DNA of 29,520 nt from a virus. Taxonomy: Duplodnaviria > Caudoviricetes. Location: positions 1 through 29,520 of IMG/VR virus record IMGVR_UViG_3300025018_000435, one strand, 5' to 3'. The stretch's first letter is position 1. The number at the start of each line of letters is the position of its first letter. Below, in pieces: positions 16,749 through 24,953 of this stretch. A program made the position numbers and the translations under genes. Under the pieces are notes generated by a model. It was not told the origin of the DNA. It saw only the letters and a program-made list of their open reading frames with translations, and made no database searches.

Positions 16749-18579
16749 ATATGATATAGATACTTCTATTTATTCAGAAGAAATAATAAATAAATTTTAT
16801 TCAGATTTAAATATATTAGAAACTAAAATATTAGACAGAAATATAGATTTTTTTAAAAGTTATAATGATATTGATTTAGATAATATTTATATTTATCAAG
16901 ATTATAATAAAAAAATTGATTATAATAATATTATTGATATTATAATTCACAAAAATGTATATTTATATAATATTGAAATTCCTAAGTCTTTAATAAATAT
17001 TGAAAATTTTAATAGTATAATTAAAAGTGAAGATTTTTATAAATTAACAGATATTTTAATAAAAAGTATTTTAGATAATAATGAATTACTAACAAATATT
17101 AAAAAGAATATTTATTTAAAATTTTTAAAAGGAAAATTAAATAATAATGATACTTTATTATTTAAAGATAATGAAATTATTAATAGATATTTATATTTAT
17201 GTATAGATAATAGTGAAAATATTATTATTCCATTAGGAGATTGTCAAATAACTTATACAGAAAATACAGATTTATTTATAATTGATGTAAAAGAAGGAAG
17301 ATTAAAATTAAATTTTAATTCAAAATATGTTCATAAAAATGATAAAAAATTATTATATTCACATTATAAAGATACTTTTGTGAATTTAAATTCATTAAAA
17401 AATAATTATGAATTAGAAGATTTATTTTATTTTGATTATGAAGAATATTTAAAATTTCTTAAAGAAGATTCTATTAAAAATAAAAATATATTAAATAAAG
17501 ATAATATTATAAAATTATTAGAATCTTATTATCCAGGAGAATATAGTATTAATAGTGATAAATCTGAATATGATGAAATAACAATTAGATTTAAAGATTT
17601 TAATATTACAAATAGTAAAAATGAAATTCATAATATTAAAGATTTCTTTTTAATGTTTAAAATAAAAAAAGATTATAAAAAATTTAATGATTCAAATTTA
17701 TATGGAGCTAGAAGTAGTTTTTCATTAGAAGAATATGAAAATGATTATTATCATTCTCATCGTTCATCAGGAAATATTGGTGGGTTTGAATGTATGTGCT
17801 TAGGTAATACAATATTATCTCAATTTATGATGTTATTTTTAGAAAAAATAGAATCTGAAATATTTGAATCTTTTTTAATTCAATTAGATGGTTATGTTAG
17901 ATGGGAATCTTTAGAAGGTGTACCATATAAATATATTGCTAATATAAAATTAAAAGATAATAGTAATAATTATAGAAAATATATAGAATTAATTTTAGAA
18001 AGTTTTGATTATATATCTCCTTATAAATACATCTTAAATAAAAATTCAAATAGTATTAATATAAGAGAAGTATCAGATTATAATATTAATAAAATAATTT
18101 TAGATGATAGTTATGAATTAGAAAAAATGTTAGCTCAATATTATTTAGTTTCTTATTTTAGTAATATTATTAAACCTAATGATATTTTAGACCCAAATAT
18201 ATTAAATGTATTTAAAATTAAAAATAATATTACTGGTGAATATTTATCACTATTACCAGAAACAATAATTAATAAAAATGATTCATATAAAAGAGAATCG
18301 GATTTAATTATTAAATATAATAAAAAACAAACTAATATTAAATTTAATAATGAATATGTAAAATATAATATTATTAAAAAATATACTTTAATTGATACAA
18401 ATAATAAAGAGAATAATTTATTAGAAATATTGAATAAAAATAAAAATAATTTAGTTATAGATAATAATATATATAAAAAATTTATATTTTTAATTGAAAA
18501 TAAATTAAATGATAATTTTAAAAATATGTATACAGATAAATTAAAAATAAAATTAAACTATGATAACAACCTTAAATAA
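16711..18579 (+). CDS. Large protein with central prokaryotic E2 (UBC-fold)-like domain
   Basis: Conserved-looking core amid N/K/I-rich flanks: ITIRF...GARSSF...YYHSH(348-350)...CMC(363)LG...YVRWESLEGVPY, matching the H-x-H...C-L-G signature of prokaryotic E2s; Ubl/JAB/E1 context. Confidence 0.65.
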   Translation: MEVKIKKNIFPSKYDIDTSIYSEEIINKFYSDLNILETKILDRNIDFFKSYNDIDLDNIYIYQDYNKKIDYNNIIDIIIHKNVYLYNIEIPKSLINIENFNSIIKSEDFYKLTDILIKSILDNNELLTNIKKNIYLKFLKGKLNNNDTLLFKDNEIINRYLYLCIDNSENIIIPLGDCQITYTENTDLFIIDVKEGRLKLNFNSKYVHKNDKKLLYSHYKDTFVNLNSLKNNYELEDLFYFDYEEYLKFLKEDSIKNKNILNKDNIIKLLESYYPGEYSINSDKSEYDEITIRFKDFNITNSKNEIHNIKDFFLMFKIKKDYKKFNDSNLYGARSSFSLEEYENDYYHSHRSSGNIGGFECMCLGNTILSQFMMLFLEKIESEIFESFLIQLDGYVRWESLEGVPYKYIANIKLKDNSNNYRKYIELILESFDYISPYKYILNKNSNSINIREVSDYNINKIILDDSYELEKMLAQYYLVSYFSNIIKPNDILDPNILNVFKIKNNITGEYLSLLPETIINKNDSYKRESDLIIKYNKKQTNIKFNNEYVKYNIIKKYTLIDTNNKENNLLEILNKNKNNLVIDNNIYKKFIFLIENKLNDNFKNMYTDKLKIKLNYDNNLK

Positions 18580-18949
18580 TAATAGTAGTAGAACAATAAT
18601 TAATAATACTACTCCAAAATATCCTTTAAAAGATATTACTAGTCTTGTAAATGTTCCTAAATTAATACTCTCTAAAGAATTAATTAGTCAAATATTTACA
18701 TATCATGTAGCAGTTAAAGGAAAGGAATGGAGTGGTCCTCTTATATATTCTAGAACTGGAGCTGATTCTGTAAAAGATTTATATAAAAATGGAGCTAATA
18801 AAGAAATGGAATTAAAAGGAATTGAATTTTTATTAGCTGATATAGGTAGTGCTGGAGGAACAGATTATGAATTAAATGACCCAGAAATATTATCTGATTT
18901 AATGGATTATCAATTAAATGGTAATCATGCTGGATTAATACATACGCAT
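18560..18949 (+). CDS. JAB/JAMM (MPN+) metallopeptidase, exon 1
   Basis: KEWSG (catalytic Glu56) and GLIHTH (H128, H130) at the exon end. Join 18560..18949,20102..20995 gives 427 aa. Confidence 0.88.
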
Positions 18950-19136
18950 TAACAAAGTGGTGCAGCTAATTAGAAATAATTAGTAAAAAATATTGGATGA
19001 ATTGTCTGGAACGGGTATAATAAAGCCCCAATCAGCAGCCAAGCTTTAATTTAAATGATTAAAGAAGGTTCAACGACTAGAGATTGAAACTAAAATTTTA
19101 TTTTAGAATATAATATCTTCACGAGCGTCCAACACC

Positions 19137-20018
19137 TTAATTCTCTTTATAAGGAAAAGGTGATGATATAGTCTGAACTTGCATAAATTTATTGTAAGAA
19201 GGATGAGATAATCTATTAATTAGTTTATCAAATTTCTTAATTAAGAAAAAATTTAAGTTATTATAACATTTTAAAAATCTTATAATATCTTTCTTAGAAT
19301 TAATATTTAATATATATGTTTTATTATAAATAACACTAGTATTAATATTAAGATGTGTTTTAAAAGATTCTAATAAATCTTTAGTCCCTCTCATAGTACA
19401 ATGAGTAGAATAAGAAGGATAAAATTTATTAGTATTAATTTTTATTTTACCTTTTAGTAAAATTATTGAACCATCTCCATCAAAATAACCTATAATAAAA
19501 GAATCTCTATATTTATATGGAATATTTTTCATTATATCGGTTAAAGTTTTACTTTTATTAGTAGTAATTTCTAGATTAATCAAATTATCATACATTTGTT
19601 TATTACCTAGATGAAATCTTACACAAGATTTAGATATATAATTTTTATTATTAATTTTAAAAATTCTAGATTTAATATTCCTTAATGGTATATTAGAACC
19701 TATATATTTTTTAAATTTTTCTAATATAATCTTATCAGATTCTGTAATTTGGATTCCTATAACCTTACTTGGGTTATTTAATAAATATCCATCTGCACAT
19801 ATGAATCCTAACCAATATGCTTTCATATAACTATTTATAGTTTGAAAATAATCTGGTTTATCTATATTGTAAGTTCGTGAGGAATTATATCCTAAATTAC
19901 TTCTAATATATGAATAAGTAGAATTTTTATTTAATTTTAATTTTTCTGCTATCTCATAAGGTCTTAAACCCTTTGAAAGTAGATTTAAAATTTCAATTTT
20001 AAAATTTGATGGTATCAT
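19137..20018 (-). CDS. Intron-encoded double-motif LAGLIDADG homing endonuclease with N-terminal HTH
   Basis: Motifs YWLGFICADG and FIIGYFDGDG; N-terminal LRPYEIAEKLKLNKNSTYSYI helix-turn-helix. Confidence 0.9.
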   Translation of the reverse strand: MIPSNFKIEILNLLSKGLRPYEIAEKLKLNKNSTYSYIRSNLGYNSSRTYNIDKPDYFQTINSYMKAYWLGFICADGYLLNNPSKVIGIQITESDKIILEKFKKYIGSNIPLRNIKSRIFKINNKNYISKSCVRFHLGNKQMYDNLINLEITTNKSKTLTDIMKNIPYKYRDSFIIGYFDGDGSIILLKGKIKINTNKFYPSYSTHCTMRGTKDLLESFKTHLNINTSVIYNKTYILNINSKKDIIRFLKCYNNLNFFLIKKFDKLINRLSHPSYNKFMQVQTISSPFPYKEN

Positions 20019-20033
20019 AAAATATATTTTTTA

Positions 20034-20065
20034 CAAATATATTAATTTTTTTCTTTAAATGCAAG
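20034..20065 (-). promoter_or_regulatory. Bacteroidota-type sigma-A promoter for the LAGLIDADG gene
   Basis: Minus strand reads CTTG-N20-TATATTTG (consensus TTTG-N19-21-TAnnTTTG), ending 15 nt before the ATG at 20018. Confidence 0.65.
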
Positions 20066-20101
20066 AAATAACACAATTAAAAAAGTTATGTTAACAAAAC
20101 G

Positions 20102-20995
20102 CACTCAATGGGAACTTTTTTCTCAGGTACAGATGAATCAGAATTACAAGATAATACTCCTAACCATAAAATGTATTTATCTTTAATAGTTAATTATCAG
20201 GATGGAGGTAATCCAATAGCTAGATTATGTTATAAAGGAACTGAAAGAATTTTTATTTATGATTTTTTTAAAAATAAATTATTTAATAAAAAAGGTAAAG
20301 AATTTACTGATGATTTATTCTTTGAAGAAACTTATATTTATTATATTGATTTAGAAATAAAATTTGATATAAGTGAAAAATCTATTAAAAGATACCAAAC
20401 ATTAAAAAATAAAGTTATTACACCTTATTATAATACTTATAATAAACAAGATAGAAGAGAAGAAAAATGGTATAGAAAAAATGGAAATGGATGGTCTAAA
20501 GAAAAAAATAAAGTTAAAAATAGATATGATTCACAATTATCTATATTTGAAAATGATAATGATAATTATTACGGAACAACTATTTTATCAAGTACTGATG
20601 ATTTTGATTTACCATTAGAAACTAATTCAAATAATAGTACTTTAATTATAGATGAATTTAAAATATCTAAATTTATTGCTGCTATACTAACATTAGATTT
20701 TAATTTATGTACTACTACAATAATTGAAAATAATAAAATTATTTTAAAATGTTTAGATGAATTAGAGGATTATAAACCTGAAGATATAGACCAAGTATTT
20801 GAAAATATGGATTCTTTAGCTGAATATTTTGCAGAAATAATATTTGAAGAAGAAGTTGATATGGAAATAGATATGCCTATTATTTTAAATGCTTCTATCA
20901 AATATTTAGATAAATTTGTAAAAAGTAAAAAAGCTATCAAATGTTTTGAAACTTATAATAATTATTTATTAACTGTAACTAATATAATAAATTAA
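20102..20995 (+). CDS. JAB/JAMM metallopeptidase, exon 2, with long acidic C-terminal extension
   Basis: Begins cac tca atg = HSMGTFFSGTD; splicing gives HTH-HSMGTFF-S-GT-D (H-x-H-x7-S-x2-D), followed by YLSLIVN. Confidence 0.88.
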   Translation, partial: HSMGTFFSGTDESELQDNTPNHKMYLSLIVNYQDGGNPIARLCYKGTERIFIYDFFKNKLFNKKGKEFTDDLFFEETYIYYIDLEIKFDISEKSIKRYQTLKNKVITPYYNTYNKQDRREEKWYRKNGNGWSKEKNKVKNRYDSQLSIFENDNDNYYGTTILSSTDDFDLPLETNSNNSTLIIDEFKISKFIAAILTLDFNLCTTTIIENNKIILKCLDELEDYKPEDIDQVFENMDSLAEYFAEIIFEEEVDMEIDMPIILNASIKYLDKFVKSKKAIKCFETYNNYLLTVTNIIN

Positions 20996-21699
20996 TGGAA
21001 GAACAAATAATAGAAAAAAACACTAGAACTGTTAGATTTTCAGATGCTCCTTGGTATACTCCTGGTTATCCAGTTTTAGTAATAGGTGCTGGAGGTATCG
21101 GGTCATGGTTGAGCTTCTTATTAGCTAGACAAGATTTAGATATTACTGTTTATGATTTTGACAATGTAGACCATACAAATTTTGGGGGACAATTATATAA
21201 TACTCAATCTTTAAATCAAAAAAAAGTAACAGTATTATCTAAAATAATAAAAGATTTTTCTAATATAACAATAAATACTTATTCTACAGCTTATACAAAA
21301 GATGATATGGCTTACCCAATAATGTTTGCTGCATTAGATAATATAGAAACTAGAAGAATAATGTATGAAAATTGGATTACTAATATTATTAAAAATCCAA
21401 AATTTGATAATAAAGCTTGTTTATTTATTGATGGTAGATTACTTGCAGAATCTGGTAAAATATTTATATTAGATAGAAATAATTATAAAGATTATGAACA
21501 ATATTTATATGATGATTCTTCTATAAAAGAACAACCATGTTCTTTTAAAGCTACTAGTCATAGTGCAGCAATTATAGCTGGAATAATGGTTAGTTGTTTT
21601 AATAATTATATAACTAATGTTTTAGAGAATATGAAAATAAGAGAAGTTCCTTTTTTAATAGAATTTGACCTTCCTTTAATGTCGTTTGAAAATAAATAA
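20995..21699 (+). CDS. E1-like / ThiF-family adenylating enzyme
   Basis: VIGAGGIGS, YDFDNVDHTNFGGQ, K-V, ALDNIETR, IDGRL and candidate catalytic Cys182 in EQPCSFK; TAATG coupling to the JAB gene. Confidence 0.9.
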   Translation: MEEQIIEKNTRTVRFSDAPWYTPGYPVLVIGAGGIGSWLSFLLARQDLDITVYDFDNVDHTNFGGQLYNTQSLNQKKVTVLSKIIKDFSNITINTYSTAYTKDDMAYPIMFAALDNIETRRIMYENWITNIIKNPKFDNKACLFIDGRLLAESGKIFILDRNNYKDYEQYLYDDSSIKEQPCSFKATSHSAAIIAGIMVSCFNNYITNVLENMKIREVPFLIEFDLPLMSFENK

Positions 21700-22498
21700 A
21701 ATTATGAGAAAAGATGAAGTTATAAATAAATTATATAAAGAAATAAACCATCCTCCATTATCTTATGATTTATCAATAGTATTAAATAATACAGATAGTA
21801 ATATTAGTAATATTTTAAATATTAAATCATATAAAAATATCACTGATGAAAATTTAAATTTACATACAATTAATTTAATTTTTAATTCTAATTGTGAATA
21901 TATACCTTTTGAAAATATAATTAATAATACTCCTAAACTAACTGATATTGATATTATATTAAAAAATACTATAGATAATATATTTAACAAACTTAATTTT
22001 TATAGTAATTTTTCAATAAGTTATAGTTTTTTAACAAGAAATAATACTTGGAATAATAGAAAAGGTTTTATTAATTCTTTTTATAATTATAATCAACGTG
22101 TTAAAAATTTTAATACAGTTTATGGTACTTATCTAGGTAATGGTTCAAATATATTTCATAAAGAAAAAAATAAAATTTTATATTTATTTGTAGTTAAAAA
22201 AGAATATGTTAATTATATTCGTAAATGTTTACTGTTAAGACAAGTAATAGATTTTAGAGTATTTGAATTATGGGTAGATGATGAATTTGATGTAACAAAT
22301 AGTTATTTTAAAAATTTTAGACCATTTTATAGAAAGATTATTAAAAAACCATTTTTAGAAGCTGGAGGAAAAATAGTTGTTAAAAATAATATATTAAATA
22401 ATTATTTTAAAACATTCTATTTAAAAGATGATTGTTCTAATATTTTAGAACTAAAAAAAAATAAAAAATTATTAAAAGAAACAATATTAAAAAATTAA
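21686..22498 (+). CDS. Hypothetical protein (start may be ATG 21704)
   Basis: 270-aa ORF directly after E1; no motif recognised. Confidence 0.7.
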   Translation: MKINKIMRKDEVINKLYKEINHPPLSYDLSIVLNNTDSNISNILNIKSYKNITDENLNLHTINLIFNSNCEYIPFENIINNTPKLTDIDIILKNTIDNIFNKLNFYSNFSISYSFLTRNNTWNNRKGFINSFYNYNQRVKNFNTVYGTYLGNGSNIFHKEKNKILYLFVVKKEYVNYIRKCLLLRQVIDFRVFELWVDDEFDVTNSYFKNFRPFYRKIIKKPFLEAGGKIVVKNNILNNYFKTFYLKDDCSNILELKKNKKLLKETILKN

Positions 22499-22503
22499 AA
22501 AAT

Positions 22504-22938
22504 ATGGATAACAATAAAATACGAATAACAATTACAGGAATTTTACAAGATTTATCTAATGGATTTACTAGAACTACAAGTTCTCATACTTATAATCCAG
22601 AAATAGGTAGTATAGAAGAGAAATATGGATTAAATAAATCTGAAGTAAAAGACCTTTTTGACCATCCAAAATTAAAGAATAAAAAAACTATTTCAATTAA
22701 AGAAAGTAAATACATTTTAATAGATGATACTATTGAAAATGAATTATCTACTTTATCTGGTGCTATAGAAGTACCTATTATTGATGACAATAGTGAAAAT
22801 GGACATGATTCCTTAGAGAATGTTGACGCAAATGATACCAACACTTTAGAGGAAGAAAATTTAATGGAACATCACATTGTTCAAGAAGAAGAAGAATCTT
22901 TTTTTAATGTACAATCATCTCCATTAGATTTAGATTAA
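22504..22938 (+). CDS. Hypothetical protein: small helical (HTH-like) N-domain plus acidic tail
   Basis: SIEEKYGLNKSEVKDLFDHPKL followed by a D/E-rich low-complexity C-terminus. Confidence 0.75.
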   Translation: MDNNKIRITITGILQDLSNGFTRTTSSHTYNPEIGSIEEKYGLNKSEVKDLFDHPKLKNKKTISIKESKYILIDDTIENELSTLSGAIEVPIIDDNSENGHDSLENVDANDTNTLEEENLMEHHIVQEEEESFFNVQSSPLDLD

Positions 22939-22964
22939 TAATAAATTAAAATAATTTTCACTAT

Positions 22965-23003
22965 AAGCTCAGAGTAACTATTTTGTTACTCTGAGTTTTT
23001 TTT
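22965..23003 (+). terminator. Intrinsic terminator closing the primase-Ubl-E2-JAB-E1 unit
   Basis: Stem ctcagagtaac (22968-22978)/gttactctgag (22985-22995) followed by T8. Confidence 0.88.
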
Positions 23004-23012
23004 ATAAAAAAG

Positions 23013-23819
23013 ATGAATAAAGAAAAAATATTAATTTTAGATGCAGATAGTTTAATTTATATGACAGCAGGAAAAGATTCTTTAGAAGAATGTTTAACTA
23101 CATTAGAATATAGAATAATGGGAATAAAATCTGTTGTAAAATGTGAAAGAGTAATAGGATTTTTAACTAGTGGAAAATGTTTTAGGTATAATATTGATTC
23201 TTTATATAAATATAAAAGAGAAGTATTAGAAAAACCTAAATTTTATAATACAGTAAAAAATTATTTAATTGAACATCATGATTTTATAGGTATAAATGGA
23301 TTAGAAGCTGATGATTTAGTATCTATTACTAGAGATATAGCAAATAATCACAATATACCTAATATTATTGCTTCTACAGATAAAGATGTCTTACAACAAA
23401 TTCCTGGAAAAAATTTTGATTATTATATAAGTAAAGAAAGTGGTACTTTTAGAGGATTTATTAATACATCGGAAGAAGATTCTATTAAATTTTTATTTAA
23501 ACAATGTTTAATGGGAGATTCTACAGATAATATAGAAGGTATAAAGGGTATTGGTTTATCTAAATCAGAAGTAATATTAAATAAAATAGGAGATAATGAT
23601 TTTAATTTAAATACTTTTAATAAATATTTTATTAAAACATTAAATGCTTATAAAGAATATTATAAAAATGATGTATTAGCTTTAAAAGAATTGACTAAAA
23701 CTTTAAGATTAGTATATATTTTAAGAAATTTAAATGATGTTAAACAAGAATTAATAAATATTAATACTATAGAATATCAATTAAATTATATTATTAAAAA
23801 ATTAAATATAGAATTTTGA
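23013..23819 (+). CDS. 5'-3' exonuclease / flap endonuclease (PolA N-terminal, T5 D15/T7 gp6-like)
   Basis: LDADS, FRY..YK..R, LEADD, STDKD, MGDSTDNIEGIKGIG (H3TH). Confidence 0.9.
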   Translation: MNKEKILILDADSLIYMTAGKDSLEECLTTLEYRIMGIKSVVKCERVIGFLTSGKCFRYNIDSLYKYKREVLEKPKFYNTVKNYLIEHHDFIGINGLEADDLVSITRDIANNHNIPNIIASTDKDVLQQIPGKNFDYYISKESGTFRGFINTSEEDSIKFLFKQCLMGDSTDNIEGIKGIGLSKSEVILNKIGDNDFNLNTFNKYFIKTLNAYKEYYKNDVLALKELTKTLRLVYILRNLNDVKQELININTIEYQLNYIIKKLNIEF

Positions 23820-24664
23820 AATTAGAAAAAATTAATGAAAAAGACACTGCGGTACTTAAACGACTATCTTCTAGAGAAGTAATATTAAATTTTCCTGAGC
23901 ATAGATATGTATCTGAATATAAAAATATATTAAATGTTATAGAAGGTATAAAAGTTGATAATTTAAAGTATAGAATAGGAACTATTATTAATTTAAATTA
24001 TAATAAAGAAGATTTATTTAAGGTTAATTATATAGAAAAAAATACATCTTTATCTAATACATATTCATTATTAAATACTAAATTAACAAAAGCTAGTAAA
24101 TATATATTTCCTTTATTAAAAATGAATGGGGATATATCTAATAATAAATCATTTTTATGGAAAACTAATTTTATAAACTGTTATATAGGAACTTTTGAAG
24201 ATGGTATAACAGATAGAATATATTTAGTATATAGATTTTCTGGTCAATTAGATTATATAGAATTTGAAAAAAAATTAGAATCTATTCCTACATTTTTAGA
24301 TAAAATAGATTTAGATTTATATCATGTTATGTATATATTTAACATAAAAGATAAAGATTATTATAATTATAGTTGTTTTAAAAAAGGAAATTATTCTTTA
24401 TTTTCAGAAGATTATAAAGAAAGAATATTAAATTTTCATTTTGATTTACAAAAAATGAGTAAAGATTTATTATTTGATACTAATTTATATGGAGTATTAT
24501 ATAAAACTCCTAAAAGAAAAATATTTTTAGAAAGATTAGTTGATGATAAAAATTTTGATGATAATTTAGAATATGAAAGTGTTATTGATAATAAAGAATT
24601 GTATAATTCAAATATAGAAATAATAAAACCTATGAAAAAATTAATAAATACAGAGTTCAATTAA
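23816..24664 (+). CDS. Hypothetical phage protein
   Basis: 282-aa ORF, TTG start overlapping the exonuclease stop (TTGA). Confidence 0.7.
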   Translation: MKLEKINEKDTAVLKRLSSREVILNFPEHRYVSEYKNILNVIEGIKVDNLKYRIGTIINLNYNKEDLFKVNYIEKNTSLSNTYSLLNTKLTKASKYIFPLLKMNGDISNNKSFLWKTNFINCYIGTFEDGITDRIYLVYRFSGQLDYIEFEKKLESIPTFLDKIDLDLYHVMYIFNIKDKDYYNYSCFKKGNYSLFSEDYKERILNFHFDLQKMSKDLLFDTNLYGVLYKTPKRKIFLERLVDDKNFDDNLEYESVIDNKELYNSNIEIIKPMKKLINTEFN

Positions 24665-24709
24665 AAAATTTTCCCTTCTTTTTGTTTTTCTAATAAAAAA
24701 TTAAAATGT

Positions 24710-24916
24710 ATGATAGAATTATTAAATACAATTATTAGAATAACAATTTTTACATTTCTTATATTAGTAGGATTAATAATATTGAAAGATTATTATTTAA
24801 TAGAAAATAATCATTTTAATATATTAACATTAATCACAGGAGCTATGTATATAGGAATAATTATAAGAATTTGTTATTTACAAAAAGAAGACCTTTCTGC
24901 TAAGGATGAAGATTAA
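24710..24916 (+). CDS. Small two-TM membrane protein
   Basis: Two hydrophobic stretches and a charged C-terminus. Confidence 0.6.
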   Translation: MIELLNTIIRITIFTFLILVGLIILKDYYLIENNHFNILTLITGAMYIGIIIRICYLQKEDLSAKDED

Positions 24917-24927
24917 TATCTTCATCC
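24904..24927. terminator. Hairpin at the convergence of + and - gene blocks (possible terminator)
   Basis: Perfect 10-bp stem ggatgaagat/atcttcatcc with taat loop; no clear U tract on either strand. Confidence 0.45.
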
Positions 24928-24953
24928 AAAGTAGAATTGATTTTTTTTAGCGG

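Larger units (their letters stand above)
18950..20101 (+). mobile_element. Group I self-splicing intron in the JAB gene, antisense homing endonuclease gene in P9
   Basis: Exon ends in U18949 and intron ends in G20101. IGS AGUG-G-UGC (18956-18963) pairs with 5' exon GCAU (P1, U.G) and 3' exon CACU (P10). P aattgtctggaa 19000-19011, Q aatcagcagcc 19030-19040, R gttcaacgacta 19068-19079, S tgatgatatagtc 19161-19173; P3 ttggatg/cgtccaa; P9 cttgcat 19178-19184/atgcaag 20059-20065. Confidence 0.92.

Noticed and set aside
18560-20995. ORFs 18560..18952 and 20108..20995 as two independent hypothetical genes
   Set aside because: Each holds half of one JAMM motif and they join in frame at canonical U/G splice sites.
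20995-21699. ThiF as an auxiliary thiamine/molybdopterin biosynthesis gene
   Set aside because: No ThiS/MoaD-type GG carrier or pathway genes nearby, zinc motifs absent, and neighbours are E2-like and JAB genes.
5777-24660. Minus-strand track ORFs 5777..5995, 8443..8781, 14181..14381, 16248..16571, 21763..21990, 22590..22844, 24436..24660
   Set aside because: All lie antisense to well-supported + strand genes and have the F/I/L/S-rich composition expected of shadow frames in AT-rich DNA.
24710-24916. Holin call for the two-TM protein
   Set aside because: No endolysin or spanin nearby, and topology alone is insufficient.
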